Shown: positions 37,010 through 50,762 of the stretch, in pieces | Layout: each line of letters starts with the position of its first letter | Numbering within the stretch: position 1 is the stretch's first letter | Program-made: the position numbers and the translations under genes | The notes under the pieces: model-generated | What the model was told of the DNA's origin: nothing | Databases searched by the model: none | The model's input: the letters and a program-made list of their open reading frames with translations, nothing else | Source of the DNA: Lama guanicoe | Taxonomy: Eukaryota | Assembly (NCBI GenBank): GCA_013239625.1 | Contig: MU053559.1 | Span: 2,586,324 to 2,650,323 of the forward strand | Length of the DNA stretch: 64,000 nucleotides | Direction of reading: 5' to 3'

Positions 37010-38600
37010 TTCAAACTTTTTAAATCAAAGTATAAATGGCATACTTAAATGCATCAACCTTTCTTGTACAGCTAGATAAATTTTTACATGTGTTCATTCA
37101 CGTAACCACCATCCACATCAAGCTACTGGATATTTCCAGCCCCTCAGAAGGCTCATTCATGTCCCCTCCCTAAAAATACCCCTTCTAGGGTGACCAGCCA
37201 TCTGAGTTTCTTAAGACTATCCTTACCTTGGCACTGGAAGCCCCACATCCTGGGAAATCCCTTAGTCCCAGGCAAACTGGGATCACCCTACTGCTTCCCA
37301 ATCAATGGTAACCACTATTCTGACCTAAATCACCACAAATTAATTTTACCTAGTTTTGACCTTCATTTAAATGGAATCACACAGTATATACTCAATGTGT
37401 TGCCATGCTATTTATCCATATTGCAGCAAGAATCGGTAGTTTGCTTTTTCATTGCAGTAGAATATTCCTCTGTCTGATGATGTCACAATTTATCATTCCA
37501 CCGTTGATGAACGTTTGGGTTGTATTTAATTTGGGCTATTGTAAATTAAGGCTGCTGTGAACATTTTTGCCTATGTCAGTTGGAGAGCGTTAAGTTTACA
37601 AAAGTGAAGCTTCTGGGCAGAGCATGTATATATGGACAGATTTAGTCAACATAGCCAAGCAGTTTTCCAAAGTGGTTGTACTGATTTCCTCCTGCTAACA
37701 ATGGAAGGGAGAGTTCCATTGTTTCATATCTTCATCAACCCTTGATATTTTTAGTTTTTCATTCTAATCATCTTGGTGGGTGTCTAGCAATATCTCATGT
37801 GGTTTGAGTTTGTATCTTTCTCAGTACTTACAATATAAAGACCTTTTTCATATATTTATTGGTGGCTTTGACTTCATCTTATGTAAAGTGTGGGCATAAG
37901 TGAGTCATTTCTACTGGGCTGTCTGTCTTACTGACTTGTAAAAGTTATATTTATATTCTGGTTATGAGTTCTTTGTTGGATATGTATATTACAAATATCT
38001 TCTCCCAGTCCGTGGCTTGCCTTTTCATTGTCTTAGTGGTATCTTTTGATGAGTTGAAATTCTTAATTTCAGTGAAGTCCAATTTATTAATTGTTTTATT
38101 TTCAATGATTATCCCATGGTTACAAAGGTAGCCCCCTGTTTACTTCTAGAAGCTTCCATGTATTATCTCTCGTATATAGCTCACTGATCTTATGTTCTGC
38201 TGTACCCAGTTTGGTGTTAAATCCAGTCAATAAGTTCTTAATTTCAGATATTGCATTTTGTATTTCCAAATGTCTATTTAATTTCTTTATACATTCCAAT
38301 TCTCTGTCGAAATTCTCTCCCTTTCATTAATTTCGTCTGTCTTTTTCTTCTATTTTCTTAAAATCTCAATCATAGTTACTTTAAATTCTCTACTTGCTAA
38401 CTCTAACATCTGGATTCTCTCTGATTCTACTTCTGTGTTTGTTGGTGGTTTTCTACTTTCTTGATTATCAATAGTTTTTCTTGCTTCTTCCCATTTTTGG
38501 GTAATTTCGGGTTGTTTCCTGGATTTTAAGGAGATAATACATTGTAGAGGTTCTCAGTAGTGTTATCGTCTCCTAAAGATTGTTGTGTTTTGTTCTGGCA
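37010..38600 (-). mobile_element. Old LINE-1 (L1M) 3' UTR/ORF2 fragments, with a MER94-like hAT element at ~37186-37290
   Basis: gtttgggttg...ggctattgtaaat, aaatatcttctcccagtccgtggcttgccttttc; tagggtgacc...tcacccta terminal inverted repeats. Confidence 0.7.
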
Positions 38601-38625
38601 GCCAATTAAATTGTTCACCTAAACC

Positions 38626-38847
38626 CAGAGTTTCTCGGTCTCCTCCCCGTTGAGATGGATCATTATTTGCTGGGGGTATGGAGGTGAGGCTGTTTTGTGC
38701 ATTGTAAGATGTTTAGCAACGTACCTAGCCCCTCCCCACTAGATGCCAGTAGCATCACAACCCCCAGTTGTGACAACCCAAACTGTATCCAAATGTTGTC
38801 AAACATCCCCTGGGGGAGCAAAATTGCCCCGTAGCTGAGAACCACTG
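38626..38847 (+). mobile_element. MER20 hAT DNA transposon
   Basis: gtgcattgtaagatgtttagca...ccactagatgccagtagca...ccagttgtgacaacc...gagaaccactg. Confidence 0.85.
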
Positions 38848-39821
38848 CCTTAATCCTGTTGATGCTGGGTTTTGGGCTGCGTTAGTGAGGGTCTCTTGCA
38901 GTTTTGCCCTGACTCCTAGGATGTGGTCCTTGCTGGTAAGACATGAGCCTTACTACTGGACTGTGGACTTCCTGAGGTCCCATCAAAAGCCCAGGATGCT
39001 AACTGAGCTGTCTAGCCCAAACTCCAGCCTCCATCTCGCCAGCACCATGTGGCTTCTAAAATCTCTGCTCAGTGACCTCGCCTTCTGGGGTGGTCCTCTG
39101 TAGGGCTCGAGAGTCCCACCCTGTTCCTGTGCCACTTGGGAGTTGGCCAAAGATCTGAGGGGAACTTTTACATATATTTTCGTTGCTTCTTCTCTGTGGC
39201 TTTTCCTTTACAGGACCCTGCTCTCCCAAATCCCAGCTACTCAGGCAGCCCCCAGATTCTGATCACGGTTTCCCTTACCTCGCCAGACCCTCCACTGCAG
39301 CTTGGAAAATGCCCTCAGAGGAAGAGATCCCACAAGTGTGGGACTCAGCTCGCGCGCATCCTTTCTCTCAAGGATCATTGCCCTCTGTTGGTCGTGGTCC
39401 AATGCCCGCAAACAAGTTGTTTTATGTATTGTGTCCAGGTTTTAGAGCTATTTACATCAGAAAGCTAAGCCTGATACCAGTTACTTTGTCCAGAACTAAA
39501 AATCTCAAACTAATCTACTCTCTAGGAGAGAAAAAAAAATGGTGCTATTGCATTCATATATCCAAATCCTAAGTATAGCTCTGAAAGCCGTCTTTCTTGC
39601 TTTTGAAAATCTCACCTTATTCTAAAAGGCTTTGGCATTTTGGATATTATTTCAAGGATTTCAAGGCTGAAGAAAGTGTGGGGAATACCTGTGGCTTTCA
39701 GCCCAGTACATATGAAAGGAATCAAGCCTGGCATGGCAGCCAGAGGAGAATCTGAATTAATAACATACTTACAGCAGACCAGAAAAGCACTCTTTATAGA
39801 GTACATGGCATTGGTTTCCTC

Positions 39822-39947
39822 CCCTCCCTCCCTTCCTCTTTCTTTCTTTCTTTCTTTCTTCCTTTCTTCCTTTCTTCCTTTCTTCCTTCCTTCCTTCCCT
39901 CCTTCCTTCCTTCCTTCCTTCCTTCCTTCCTTTCTTCCTTTCTTTTC
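39822..39947. repeat. (TTTC)n/(TTCC)n polypyrimidine microsatellite
   Basis: Direct reading. Confidence 0.95.
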
Positions 39948-42900
39948 TGTTTTTGCCTCTCTGACCAGACAGGGAGGTGCTTGAGGGCAGGAACTGCATC
40001 TCATCCATCAATATCTTTCCTCACACACATCTGACATGGAGTAGATGCTTTCTAATTGTTTGGGAAATGAAGGAGTGATCGAAGTCATGAACGAATAGGA
40101 CATCATTCACCACTCACTAGTCATGGCTTCAGGGTGACTCTCGATCCAATCAGTGCTAACACCCCAGTCATCATCTAGAGATTTCAGAGTCTCTGAAAGT
40201 CCTGTCTTTCCCCAAGAGAGCATCTTTACTGGCGTGACTCAGGTGTTAACAAGCCTGAAAATCCCATGGCTCCTACTCCTTGGAATATGAGTCTTGATAC
40301 CAGAAAGGTCCACCTAATTTGGGTAAGGAGGGATGGTGACACATTTTTCCATTAGCCTTTCAAGGGCTTGATCTCTCCATAGTTATTTCGGAAGAGAGAT
40401 AACTGACGCATTTTGAGCCAGGGCAGGGGAGGAAGAAATAGATGGTGGCGGGGCTCTTGCTCAGGAGGACAAGGGGTGGTTTGTTCCTCCAGGGGCTTGC
40501 CTGGTAAGCTGACCCAAGCACTTCTGAGGACAGTGCCTCAAAGAGAAGATAAGACACCAAATGGAAAGGTGAAGGGCAAGGACCAAGTGCCCTTCAATCA
40601 CTTTCTCTAGGTCAGCACTGCCTCCTACCAAGAGGCTTCTGGGAAGGTCAGTGGTTCAGGGTGACCCTGCATCCAGGGGCCCCCAAAATGGCACCGGCTG
40701 TGGTGGAGACTTTCTGCACACTGTCGCTTACTCAGATTCAGCAGGTGATCATTTATCTGTGGCACTTTCCAGTTCTGGGGACAAGACAGTGGGCAGCATG
40801 TATGCCATTGGTGGAAGAGGTCTCTAGACAATAAATGATTTGTTAATTAACCAGTAAATATAACTGCCTTATAGCACCTTGAGATTGGTACCTTCTTTTC
40901 AACCTAAAACTATCATCCTTTCCTCAGGGTTCTGGGTCTAAAGAACTCTGTACGTGCAGCTACCTGCTTTTTGTAGGATCAGACGGCTGCAGTCACGGGG
41001 CTTACTTCATTCTTGACATTCATTGTCCTTGGGTCCATCTGCTCTCTCCATCCTCCTTGAAGTCCTGCCCATTACCCAATGGTGAACAGTCTATGGCCTC
41101 CCCTTTTTGTTGTCTGTTTCGCCTTAATGTCCCCAGCCCTCATACCTCAGGAAGCCATCAGATTGCCTGAGCACAGGGTGCAGGGGAGTGAGGGCAGTAA
41201 AGAGGGGGAGCTGGAAATAGGGGTTGGGATTGGAGACAGAAAGGAGGCTCAGCCGATCAGGAACCAACCAGACAGTGCATCACCATCACCGGCTCCGATC
41301 CGAGCTCTGTCCGATGGAGTGCTCCTCACCCGCCACCCTGACCCAGAGCTGCCTATCCAAGCCTGCTCCTCTAGTCAAGTTTTTCCCAGGACGGTAAGCC
41401 TCCATGCCCCAAATATACACTTACGGTGGTCAGAGCCCAGTGAGAGACTTTTCAAAGAAGACAAAAGTCACCAAGAGAAAAGTAAAGAAGCCAAAGGGCT
41501 TGTGGTGGCTTTGTAATGTGGCAAAGTGGCCAGGCTGAACTACATTTCCCAGAATTCCCTTCCCTTATGTTTCCGGTTACAGCAAGCCATAGAGAAGATT
41601 CTACTGAGGGTTTGGAAGGGCAGAAGGGCAACAGTGGCCATTTTGTGGTTGACACACAGTGTGGCCTGTGTGCTCTGGCTCCCCTTGGGGGTGAGGCAGC
41701 AGCCAGGCCTGCAACTCAGCCTCTCCCTTGGCTCTTCCTTCAGTTTCTCTGACTCCCGGGCTAGGTTTACCACCACACCCAAGGGCCCCAGTTTCTGCAG
41801 GTCTCCACACCATCAAGTTCAGGGGAGGTAAGAACTGGCATGGATTTCAGTCCATCCTCATGAACTCCATCTTGTGCTTGTGGGTTCAACCTTGTCCTTA
41901 ATCTCCCCCCATTTTGCATCTGTCTTCCCTTCCCAACTGCCTGCCTATGGACTTCAAGCTGTAGCATCATCTGGGAGAACAACAGCCTTACAGAGACGAC
42001 TCAACCTGCTTGTATAAGTGTATAAGCTCAAATCCTGCTTTTAAAAAAAAATCTAGTGATTCTGCTTCTCTGATTGAATCCTGACTGATCCAGATGGTAC
42101 AACCTCAATGGAAGGGGAGGGAGTAAAAAGAAGCCTGGAAGCCCCAGACTCAAGGCTGGTTTGAAGGTTTTCCTGACAATCAGAATTCTGTCTTGGCTTC
42201 CTGGACCACAGGACCTTTGCACAGCAAAAGCCACTGAGCTTCTACGGAAGTTTCTGCAAGTTTGCGTGCACAAATGAGTTGTCAGAAGCACTGGCTTCCT
42301 GTCTTTTGATTTAAAAAGAAAGAAAGAGAGAGAAGGAAAAAAACAGCAGCCTATAAAATGAAATGGCCCAGTGGAGAATTATGACCAGCTTTGGTATACC
42401 TGAATCAAAATGACAGACCATGAAATAATGTGTTTTACTCTGTGTCAGCTTCCCTGCCTGTCCCAACTATCAGCTGAATTGCCTGCCACAATGATTATTT
42501 CATCCACCACAGTGAAAATCTTGGAGCAGCCCACAAATGCTTCTGTGGCAAAGCCTCTAGGGTCCTGGAATGGAGGAGGATAGAGGACAAGGTGGGAAGA
42601 CAGAGACAGACTCCAATAGAAGGAGGAAGCTAGTCAACACTTCCACCAGCAGGGTCATCCAAGATGCGCACTGCACCATGGAAGAAGGGGCTATGATCAC
42701 CACCAAGTAAGGCTTCAGCTGCCAAAGCTTTAACATTAGGGGCACAGGTATTCAAGGGGAGGTAGCCCTGACCAGGGCAGATCTTCCAGAGAACAAAAGA
42801 GCATGCTGAGCAAAGCCACAAAAGTGAGAATAAGATGCAATTGTGGGAAGTAGCAAGTGTCATGACCCCTGATCACAGTATGTGTCAAGAGCAGTGGGTA

Positions 42901-42959
42901 AATGTTGCAGTGGTAGGACTGGGCAGCGGGGTGGGGGGACTAAACTTTATTCTATAAGA

Positions 42960-43092
42960 CAGTGGTTCTCTCACTTGAGCGGACATCAGAATCCCCTAGA
43001 GGGCTGCCTAACACTCGCATTGCTGGGTCCCAGCCCCAGCGCTTCTGACTCAGCAGGTCTGGGGCAGGCTCCGAGAATTTGCGTTTCTAAAG
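42960..43092 (+). mobile_element. MER5A-like hAT element
   Basis: cagtggttctc...catcagaatcccctagaggg...tctgactcagcaggtctgggg...gagaatttgcgtttctaa. Confidence 0.75.
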
Positions 43093-44536
43093 AAAAGTGA
43101 TTTGAAGATCATGGATCTTTCCACAAACGGGACCTAGAAGTGGTATGCAGGGAGGGACGGGCAAAGGAGCGAGGTCAGGGAGGCAAAAGTAAGGCAGGAT
43201 CCCCCCAAAAAACACAGCTGCTGGAGAAGAAAGCAGGGGGGAGAGGCACATCCAAGAGGTGTGACATCCGCCATATTGTGTCCCCACCGATGCTCGGGGT
43301 TCCTGGAGAAATGAGGACACACAGGATCGAGGTCCTGCATTTGAGACCAGACCACCTGGCAGGATGCCAGACAGAAAGCCCAACAAGGAGGCTGAGGTTC
43401 AATGCAAGAAAGCAGAGCTCAGACAGGCCTGGGGTCAAATCCTGGCTCCACCACCCAGTAGGGTTCCTCAGTGGAAGACAACTCATATCAGAAGCCTGTC
43501 GGGTGGGCTGATCCGAGAGGGAAGTCAGCCAAGTGATCCTCAGTGGCCTGGCCACCTGCCCACGGGCTGCACTGCTGGAGGCCATGGGCTGGGTATCCTC
43601 TTCCCCAGGTCCCGAGGTCAACTCCTGACTCTCGGGATTTCCCATCTGAGTGCCCAATCTCAGCAATCTCTTATGTCTACGTGGCCACTCCAAATAGGGG
43701 ACAAGATGATAACACTCACCCCCCCAACCCTTTTCTCTGACGTTACCTCCAGTTTCCCGAATAGGGCTTCCTGGGGTTCCCAACTATTTTTTTTCCAAAT
43801 TTAAAGACAATCCTGGGTCAGCCCTAGTCACAGTGTGAAGTTCATTTGTTTGACCCTCCAAAGGCAACTTTGTTTCCTACTCAGAGATCCAATTTATTGT
43901 GAAATTTGGGGAGGGGGCAGATTATCATTGACCCCATTGAGCCTTGGAATTGACAACAGTACCGTGTGTTTACAAAGCACTCCACAGTCAGTAAAGCACA
44001 GTGAGACGTTTACCATGCGTTCAGGCAAACTGTAGCAGGTGCCTACGGCATCCAGACACCCAGCTAGAGCCGGTCAATGGAGTGATGTCCCTGGTGTAAG
44101 CCAGGCATCAATCTCAAGCCTGCATGAAAAATGAGGAAAGAGCCTCAGAAAGGGAAAGGGACTTGCCTAAAGGCACACCCCGGGGCCAGCTCAGTGCAGA
44201 GGGATCGCAAGCTGGGGGAGAGGTGACTGAGGTCACAAATGGACACAAGTTAAGGCATGTTAGCAGTCACAATGATGACAGCACAACTTGACACGGGGAA
44301 TCAAAGATGGGAGAGATCGGCCATTAAGACAAGGAAGTCAAAAACAGCTCCAGAGATTCTAACCTGGAAGACTGGGAGAATAGTAGGGTCACTTACAGAA
44401 GTGGGACACGTGGGAAAGGTGCTGTCTTTGGGACAAATAATAGCACATACCCACAGAGCCCTCCCCGTGCACCAGACACTTTTCCCGCAGATTTCACCCC
44501 TGCCCCATGCCCTGATGAGATGGGTACCATAAGTAC

Positions 44537-44670
44537 TAGGGTAACCATACATTCAGATTTGCCTGAGACAGTCCCAGCATATGCCAGCTGTCCTGATTTA
44601 ATTATTAATATCATCCCTTTCACTCTCAAAAATATCCAGGTTCAGAACATAAGTCATATAGTCCCCTTAA
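44537..44670 (+). mobile_element. MER81-like hAT element inserted in a MIR (MIR continues to ~44815)
   Basis: tagggtaaccatac...aattattaatatcatccctttcactctcaaaa...gtcccctta; flanking MIR cttgccccaggtcatg...gagctgggatttgaacccaagcag. Confidence 0.65.
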
Positions 44671-45122
44671 TTACTATCTTTCAGTTACACAGGAGGAACC
44701 CGATTAATTAAAGGGCTTGCCCCAGGTCATGCCGTTGTTAAGTGACAGAGCTGGGATTTGAACCCAAGCAGCTTGCTTCTACATGACAGGCTTGTAACTA
44801 CATCGCAGTGCCTCTCAAAGGTAGTATCGAATCCAGTTTTTCACCTTTGCAGTTGGAGGTGAAGGATGCCCACCCTTCTAGGCAAACACCCCCTCCCTAG
44901 GCCGATGGATTCCAAGATGGAAGAGGGGGGAGCAGGCAGTGGACAGATATGGGGAAGAGCCACCAGGAGGCAGGAAAAAGGATAAAGCCATATGACTCCA
45001 CACGTTCGGGGTGGGGGGGAATCTTCATTACTCCCGTCCTGGAACCCTCCCCATCAATTTAAACAGAACTTCTCGAACATTCCATCAGGGCTCAACCCAA
45101 AAACTCTGCAGAGTATCAAGAA

Positions 45123-45335
45123 TGCAGAATTTGCACATACTAAGCACTATATATAAAATAGATAAATAACAAGGTCCTACTGTATAGCACAGGGAAATAC
45201 ATTCGATACTTTGTAATGGCCTATAATGAAAAAGAATATGAAAAGGAATACATATATACATAAATGAATCGCTATGCTGTACACCTGAAATTAACACAAC
45301 ATTGTAATCAACTACACTTGAATTAAAAAAAATCT
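45123..45335 (+). mobile_element. Short LINE-1 3' end
   Basis: aacaaggtcctactgtatagcacagggaa...acacaacattgtaatcaactacacttgaattaaaaaaa. Confidence 0.85.
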
Positions 45336-46004
45336 AAACAAACGGAAGCCATACCCAAGGAAAAAATGGCAACCCGAGTTAGAGGCTCTATTTTACATGG
45401 ATACAGGAGTTCTGTCAGAGACAGGCCTTCCAGTGCAAGGAAAGCATTTTACATCCCTCTCCCCACCCAACCAAGTCTATTTAGTTTGTGATCTAATGTT
45501 ATTTTAACAGCCATTCAACCCTCCTGGGCATGTTACAGCCACTCTCAGATGGTCCAAGGCCAACTCCAAATTTTAGACCCACTCTTGGCTGACTTCCTAT
45601 CCTTGTTTCTACCCTTTGTGACTAAATTTCCATTCATGACTGAATTGATCAGATGAGGCAAACAGTAGCAGCGAGAAACTTCCTAATGGGGGAAGGGGCC
45701 CATCATAAATCTACCATATCTTATGGATTCCAAAGCAAAATTGAAATAATTTGGGGACCATCTATTGTCCAAATTTCCCTCCCTTCTCCAGTACCATTAA
45801 CACCCGCTGGGATGATCTGCGTCATAAAGTAACATGAACTAAGAGTTACGAGGACATTCTTAGACGTCTAAACTTTTAAAAGCATCCAAATGGTTTCTCC
45901 AAGGTTATCACTGTGGCGGCCGGCACTTGTAGAATGAAAAGTTAACAAACCAAGAAACCTCACTTTGAGTCTATGTTTCAGAATAAAAAAAAAAAAAAAG
46001 ATTA

Positions 46005-46066
46005 CTGGAATTTGACACAACACTGTAAAATGATTATGAATCAATAAAAATGTAAACAAAAAAAAA
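46005..46066 (+). mobile_element. Ultra-short LINE-1 3' tail
   Basis: ctggaatttgacacaacactgtaaaatgattatgaatcaataaaaatgtaaac-poly(A); flanked by aaaaaagatt on both sides. Confidence 0.75.
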
Positions 46067-46495
46067 GATTGGAAAGAATTTTAATAAAAGAGCAGGGGGA
46101 AGAATCCATCTACTGAAGTAGAAAAAGAACTGTGAGCTGTTTCTCTTCGTAACATAAACCAAACAGGGCTTTTCATGGTTTTGAATACGATGCAGCTTGA
46201 AGGAAAAATGTTGAGTAATCTGGGGCTTCATTATCTACAATTAATACAGTTATTGACTCGTCATTGTTCTAAGTATGACATGATTAACTATGAGACGCAA
46301 TTAACCTAAAGCCTGCTTCACAAGCATATTTAACAACTAAATCACGTGAAAAGTGTTGAGGTGTGCAACACTTTTTTTTTTCCTGGTTATCACTACATGA
46401 GTTCACCAAGAGGACAGAGGTTTCATGCACCAAGAGAAAATGGCCATCCTGGACATGTTCACTGTGAGATAGTCAAACGCTATGGAATTGTAGCA

Positions 46496-46610
46496 GGGGA
46501 GGGTAGAGCTCAGTGGTAGAGTGCATGCTTAGCATGCACGAGGTTCAATCCCCAACAGCTACTCTAAAAATAAATAAGTAAATAAACCTAATTACCTTCC
46601 CCCCAAAAAA
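46496..46610 (+). mobile_element. Vic-1-like SINE
   Basis: 19-bp TSD caaacRctatgRaattgta at 46474-46492 and 46611-46629. Confidence 0.92.
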
Positions 46611-47344
46611 CAAACACTATGAAATTGTACAATGTAAAAGAGAAAAAAAAAAAAAGCTTATGTCGCTGCCCCTACAGGCCACCATTGTTACATGTGGAAA
46701 TGTATGAACACACACGTAGTGACACCAGGAGGAAAATAAAAAAATCAGAAGTCAGCTTTCCCAGAAAGAAGGGTGCCCTGGTCAGCTCAATTTGAAAGGC
46801 CAAGGGAAATCTTCAACAAATGAGTTTTTACTTTTAGTGAATTTACAGAATTTACAGATTATCAGATGCTCTTCCAGAACGAAGGGAGAAGAGAAAGGTC
46901 TAGCGCTAACAAACCTTCCGATGGGACCCTCCAACTGGGCAGATCTCACCCATGGCATGGAACCTGAGAAGGCCTAGGGCAATTCTGGCAAGATTATTGA
47001 AGAGCCACATAACTTTGAAGTTGTGGTCTGCTCTGAGGAGACCTCCTTCCTCCTCTCGTGGACTCTCTCATCTCTAGCTTCTAGGGAGGAAAAACCAGCA
47101 TAGCTCTTTTACTTTTTAAGTAACTTGAGAGTTACAAAATCATTTGTCCAGACAATGTAACTTTCATGCTTCCCTTCTGGTAAGGACCCTTTAAATGAGG
47201 ACACTGCTGATAGCTGGTGCTGTTTTTTGAGCAAACACATTGGAGGATGTGGATAAAAGCCAACCGAAGGTCACTGGGGAAGTTACGTCTTGTGTACTCA
47301 GATTTTACTAGAGGCTTCAAAAGCGAAAGCAAGTCTAGATTTCC

Positions 47345-47953
47345 ATCTCAGTTGCTGTGGTTTCCTCAAAGAACAAGTGCTTTTCCCCTGATGCCAGTGT
47401 ATATATATGTGTATTACATATATGTAATGCATATATTATATTTTATATATTATATAAATATATACCATTAATGTATTAAGCAATATTAATAAATATATTA
47501 TTAATTTAGTATAATATAATTAATAAAATACAAAAATATAAAATAATTGCATGTAAATAATATATAATTATATATAACATATAATATTATGTTATATTTT
47601 ATGTACATGTGTATTTATAAACAGATTTATTTCAAAGAATTGGTTTCTGAGATTTGGGGACTGGCAAGTCCAAAATCCACAGGACAGGAGACCCTTGTGC
47701 AGGACCTGACATTACAGTCCACAGGTGGAATTTCTTCCTCCTCAAGGAAACCTTAGTTTTGCTCATAAAGCCTTTCAACTTCTTGGATCAGGCCCACCCA
47801 CGTCATCAAAGATAATCTCCTTCACTTAAAGTCAACTGACTGGCTGGTAACCACCTCTACAAAATATGTTCACAGCAACACCTAGGTTAGTGTTTGATTG
47901 AATAGCTGGGCACCATAGCCTGGCCGGGTTGACACAGAAAACTGACCAGAGCA
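47345..47953 (-). mobile_element. ERVL LTR (MLT2-like) containing an expanded AT-rich tract (47398-47620)
   Basis: gatttatttcaaagaattgg...ggcaagtccaaaatc...ggcccacccac...ctaggttagtgtttga...gttgacacagaaaactgacca. Confidence 0.75.
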
Positions 47954-48319
47954 ATGACAAACCTGTTAAATTTCATTGACTGTTTTACCAGCTATTAGGG
48001 ACTGTGGAGAAGCGTGACAATCACTCTTGGGTACCACCCTGTGCAGAAGCCCCCTGTTCAGTGATAGTGCAACAGAGCAAAAGCCCAGTCACTGGGACCA
48101 CACCAGGAAGGCCTTGCCCGGCTGGCTGGTTCCCTAAGGATGGCATCAGACAGGAAACACAAAGATGAGGAAACCGGCCATGAGAGGGGGAGGGGCAACA
48201 GAAGACCAGGGTTTGGTTTTCCTTTTGCCTTTCATTGGAAGACGGTGAGTTAGCCGGGTCCAACATGAGCGCTCAGCACCCTCTCCCCCTCCCGGGGTCT
48301 CTCCCACCCCCTCCTGCAG

Positions 48320-48493
48320 GGTCTGCCCAGCCCTTTCTTGCGCTGCCCATCGCAGCGACTCCTGGACCGTGTGGTCCGGCGCTATGCCGAGGTGGCCGAC
48401 GCCGGCAGCATCTTTATGGACCACTTCACAGACCGCGACAAGCTGCGTCTGCTCTACACGCTCTCTGTCAACGCGCATCCCATCCTCCTGCAG
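48320..48493 (+). CDS. DIPK2B: DIPK2B coding exon 3
   Basis: Pyrimidine tract + ctgcag|; GLPSPFLRCPSQRLLDRVVRRYAE...LLYTLSVNAHPILLQ; donor CAG|GTACGG; 174 nt, phase 0/0. Confidence 0.96.
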
Positions 48494-49104
48494 GTACGGG
48501 GAGGGGGTTCACGTCGGACTTCAAGGGGGCGGGCCCTGGATTGAGCCCTCTCTCCTTTCACTGTACACCTTGGGGCCACCAGCCCACGTTAGTACCTTTG
48601 TGGCATTCAGTAAATATGTGTTGGCTTCCGCAGTGGGAGAAGGCTGTGGTTGCTGTAGAGGAAAGAGGTGTCGGAGCTGGGGAGCCGGGTCCGCAGAGAA
48701 TGGCCACTTTTGCTGCCAGAGGCAGCCCTGCCCAAAAGGGCTTTGACCTGTGTGCCTCAAAGATCAGTAAGATTTGAGCAAGCTCAGGAGGTGAGGAAAT
48801 AACCAAAGAATGGCCCACCCGGAGATGTGCTCTGCAGCTGTGCTTAGAAAGAAGAAAAAAATGGAAGTAACCTAAAAGTCCATCAATAAGGTAACGGTCA
48901 AATCAGCAAGGATGCACTGAAACTTGAGGATACACTAGTCAGCAAGACAGGCATAGTGGCCCCTGCCTTCATGCACCTTTGCATCAGTCAGTAGAGACAG
49001 CCGCTTAATAAGTCGGCCAGCATCCATAGAACACCCGGAGTCTAATCACACTGGTTTCCCCAGGTCCCAATATTCAGGACACTATATAATGGGCACAAAG
49101 GAAA

Positions 49105-49500
49105 CTGGGAAGTGGGAGGGAGGAGCAGAAAAAGGAGGAGGGAGGAAGAGAAAGGAGAGGAGGAGAAGGAGGAGGAAGATGAATAAGAGGAAGAGAGAGA
49201 GGAGAGAAAGGGGAAAGAGGAAAACAGAAGAGAAGAGAGAGAAGGTGCAGGTAGAGGAAGGGGAAGAAACCATATGATGGCACTTAATAATTATTATTAA
49301 CTATATTATAATTATTTATAATATAGTAATGATTATACTTTATATCATAATTATTTATAATGTATTATATTTACAATGTATTATAATTACTTATATGTAT
49401 TATAATGATTTATAATGTATTATAGTATTATAATGATTTATAATGTATTATAATTATTTATAATATATTATTATATTTTTTAATTTATGATATACTGATT
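49105..49500. repeat. GA-rich low-complexity tract followed by an AT-rich (taatgtatta-like) minisatellite
   Basis: Direct reading. Confidence 0.85.
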
Positions 49501-49504
49501 GTAT

Positions 49505-49745
49505 AACAAGTCATTTACTGAGCACCTGCTATGTGCCAAGCATTGTGTTAAATGTTTTACATCATGATCTCATTTAATGCTTACAACAACTCGACAACCT
49601 CAGAGGAATATTATTATTGTCCCCTTTTCCAGATGAGGTAAGTGGCGCTCAGAGATGTGAAGTGACTTGGCCACAGTCCCTTAGCCAGTTATCAGCGATG
49701 GAACCTAAACCCAGAGCTGTCTGACCCAAGGTCCACATGCTCTTT
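49505..49745 (-). mobile_element. MIR SINE
   Basis: catttactgagcacctgctatgtgccaagcattgtg...ccccttttccagatgagg...gaagtgacttggccacagtc. Confidence 0.8.
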
Positions 49746-50602
49746 CTGCTAAAACCTGCCCAGTAATGCGGGCATTTTAAATCCTAGAGGAGAAGGAATC
49801 GCTGGTTATCCTGCACCCTCAGAGGTCTTCTTCTCCCACTGTCCTAGCCTTGGTGGCCAAGGCAGGTGACCTGGCTACTTCTAGCCCTGGCTCCTGAGAG
49901 GCCTGGTTTGGGACCCTCCATCCACCCTAAACTCTGCCCAAAAAGGGCATGGCTTGCATCTGCCACCAGCCCAGGGAGGACTCGTAGCTGCATTTAGACG
50001 TCACCAGGGGGGCCAGGGGCCTCCCTGCACAGCACACAGTGGGAGCAGTTCCAGTGGGCAGGGGAAGCAAGAAAGCTTCTTTCCCAACATGGCGAGTGGG
50101 CTAAAATGGCACAAAGCCAGAGAACAATGATCAGAAAGGGGGATGACTTTGTTTTTTTAAGAAGGAAAATAAAAAAAAAAAGTGCCAAGTATTTATAATT
50201 CCTGTCACTTCTCCCATAGTTTAAAGAAATGCCATTCTAGGTACAGCTGCCTCGCTATTTGACTATTTTAGTCAAAAAAAAAAAAAAAAGACCAGCCAGG
50301 ACTCCCTCTTCTCTTTTTCGTCTCACAAATCCACACGTTTGGAGCTCTTACAAGGAGACAGGAGACTGGTTGGGGCTGTGTGCTTCCCTAGGCCCGTGTT
50401 AGGCTATTGGAACATTCCAGTCAGCGGGGGAGCACCTGTGAGTATGTAGTTAGCCCGGCCAGGCAGATCCATCCCGGGCCAGTGCAGTGGTCCCCGAAAC
50501 TTCAGTCCCCCAAGGGCCACCGTCATGATTTTTGCCTTCTCCCAGAACCTAATGCCTGCACTTTTATTTTTGAAAGTCTTTTTCTTTAAATCAGCACTGA
50601 GA

Positions 50603-50762
50603 GGGGAGGGTATAGCTCAGTGGTAGAACACGTGCTTAGCACGCACAAGGTCCTGGGTTCAGCCCCCAGTACCTCCATTAAAAAGTAAATAAGTAAATAA
50701 ACCTCATTACCTCTCCCCCCCTACAAAAAAGAGAAAATCATATAGTTATATAAATAAATCAA
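50603..50762 (+). mobile_element. Vic-1-like SINE
   Basis: ggggagggtatagctcagtggtagaacacgtgcttagc...cctgggttcagcccccagtacctccatta. Confidence 0.9.

Noticed and set aside
39612..40011. Lys/Glu/Arg-rich and Ser/Phe/Pro-rich ORFs (also 49074-49283)
   Set aside because: Translations of TTCC/GA microsatellites.
43175..43783. 202-aa minus-strand ORF in intron 2
   Set aside because: Non-ATG start, overlaps MIR-like sequence, no recognisable domain or splice context.
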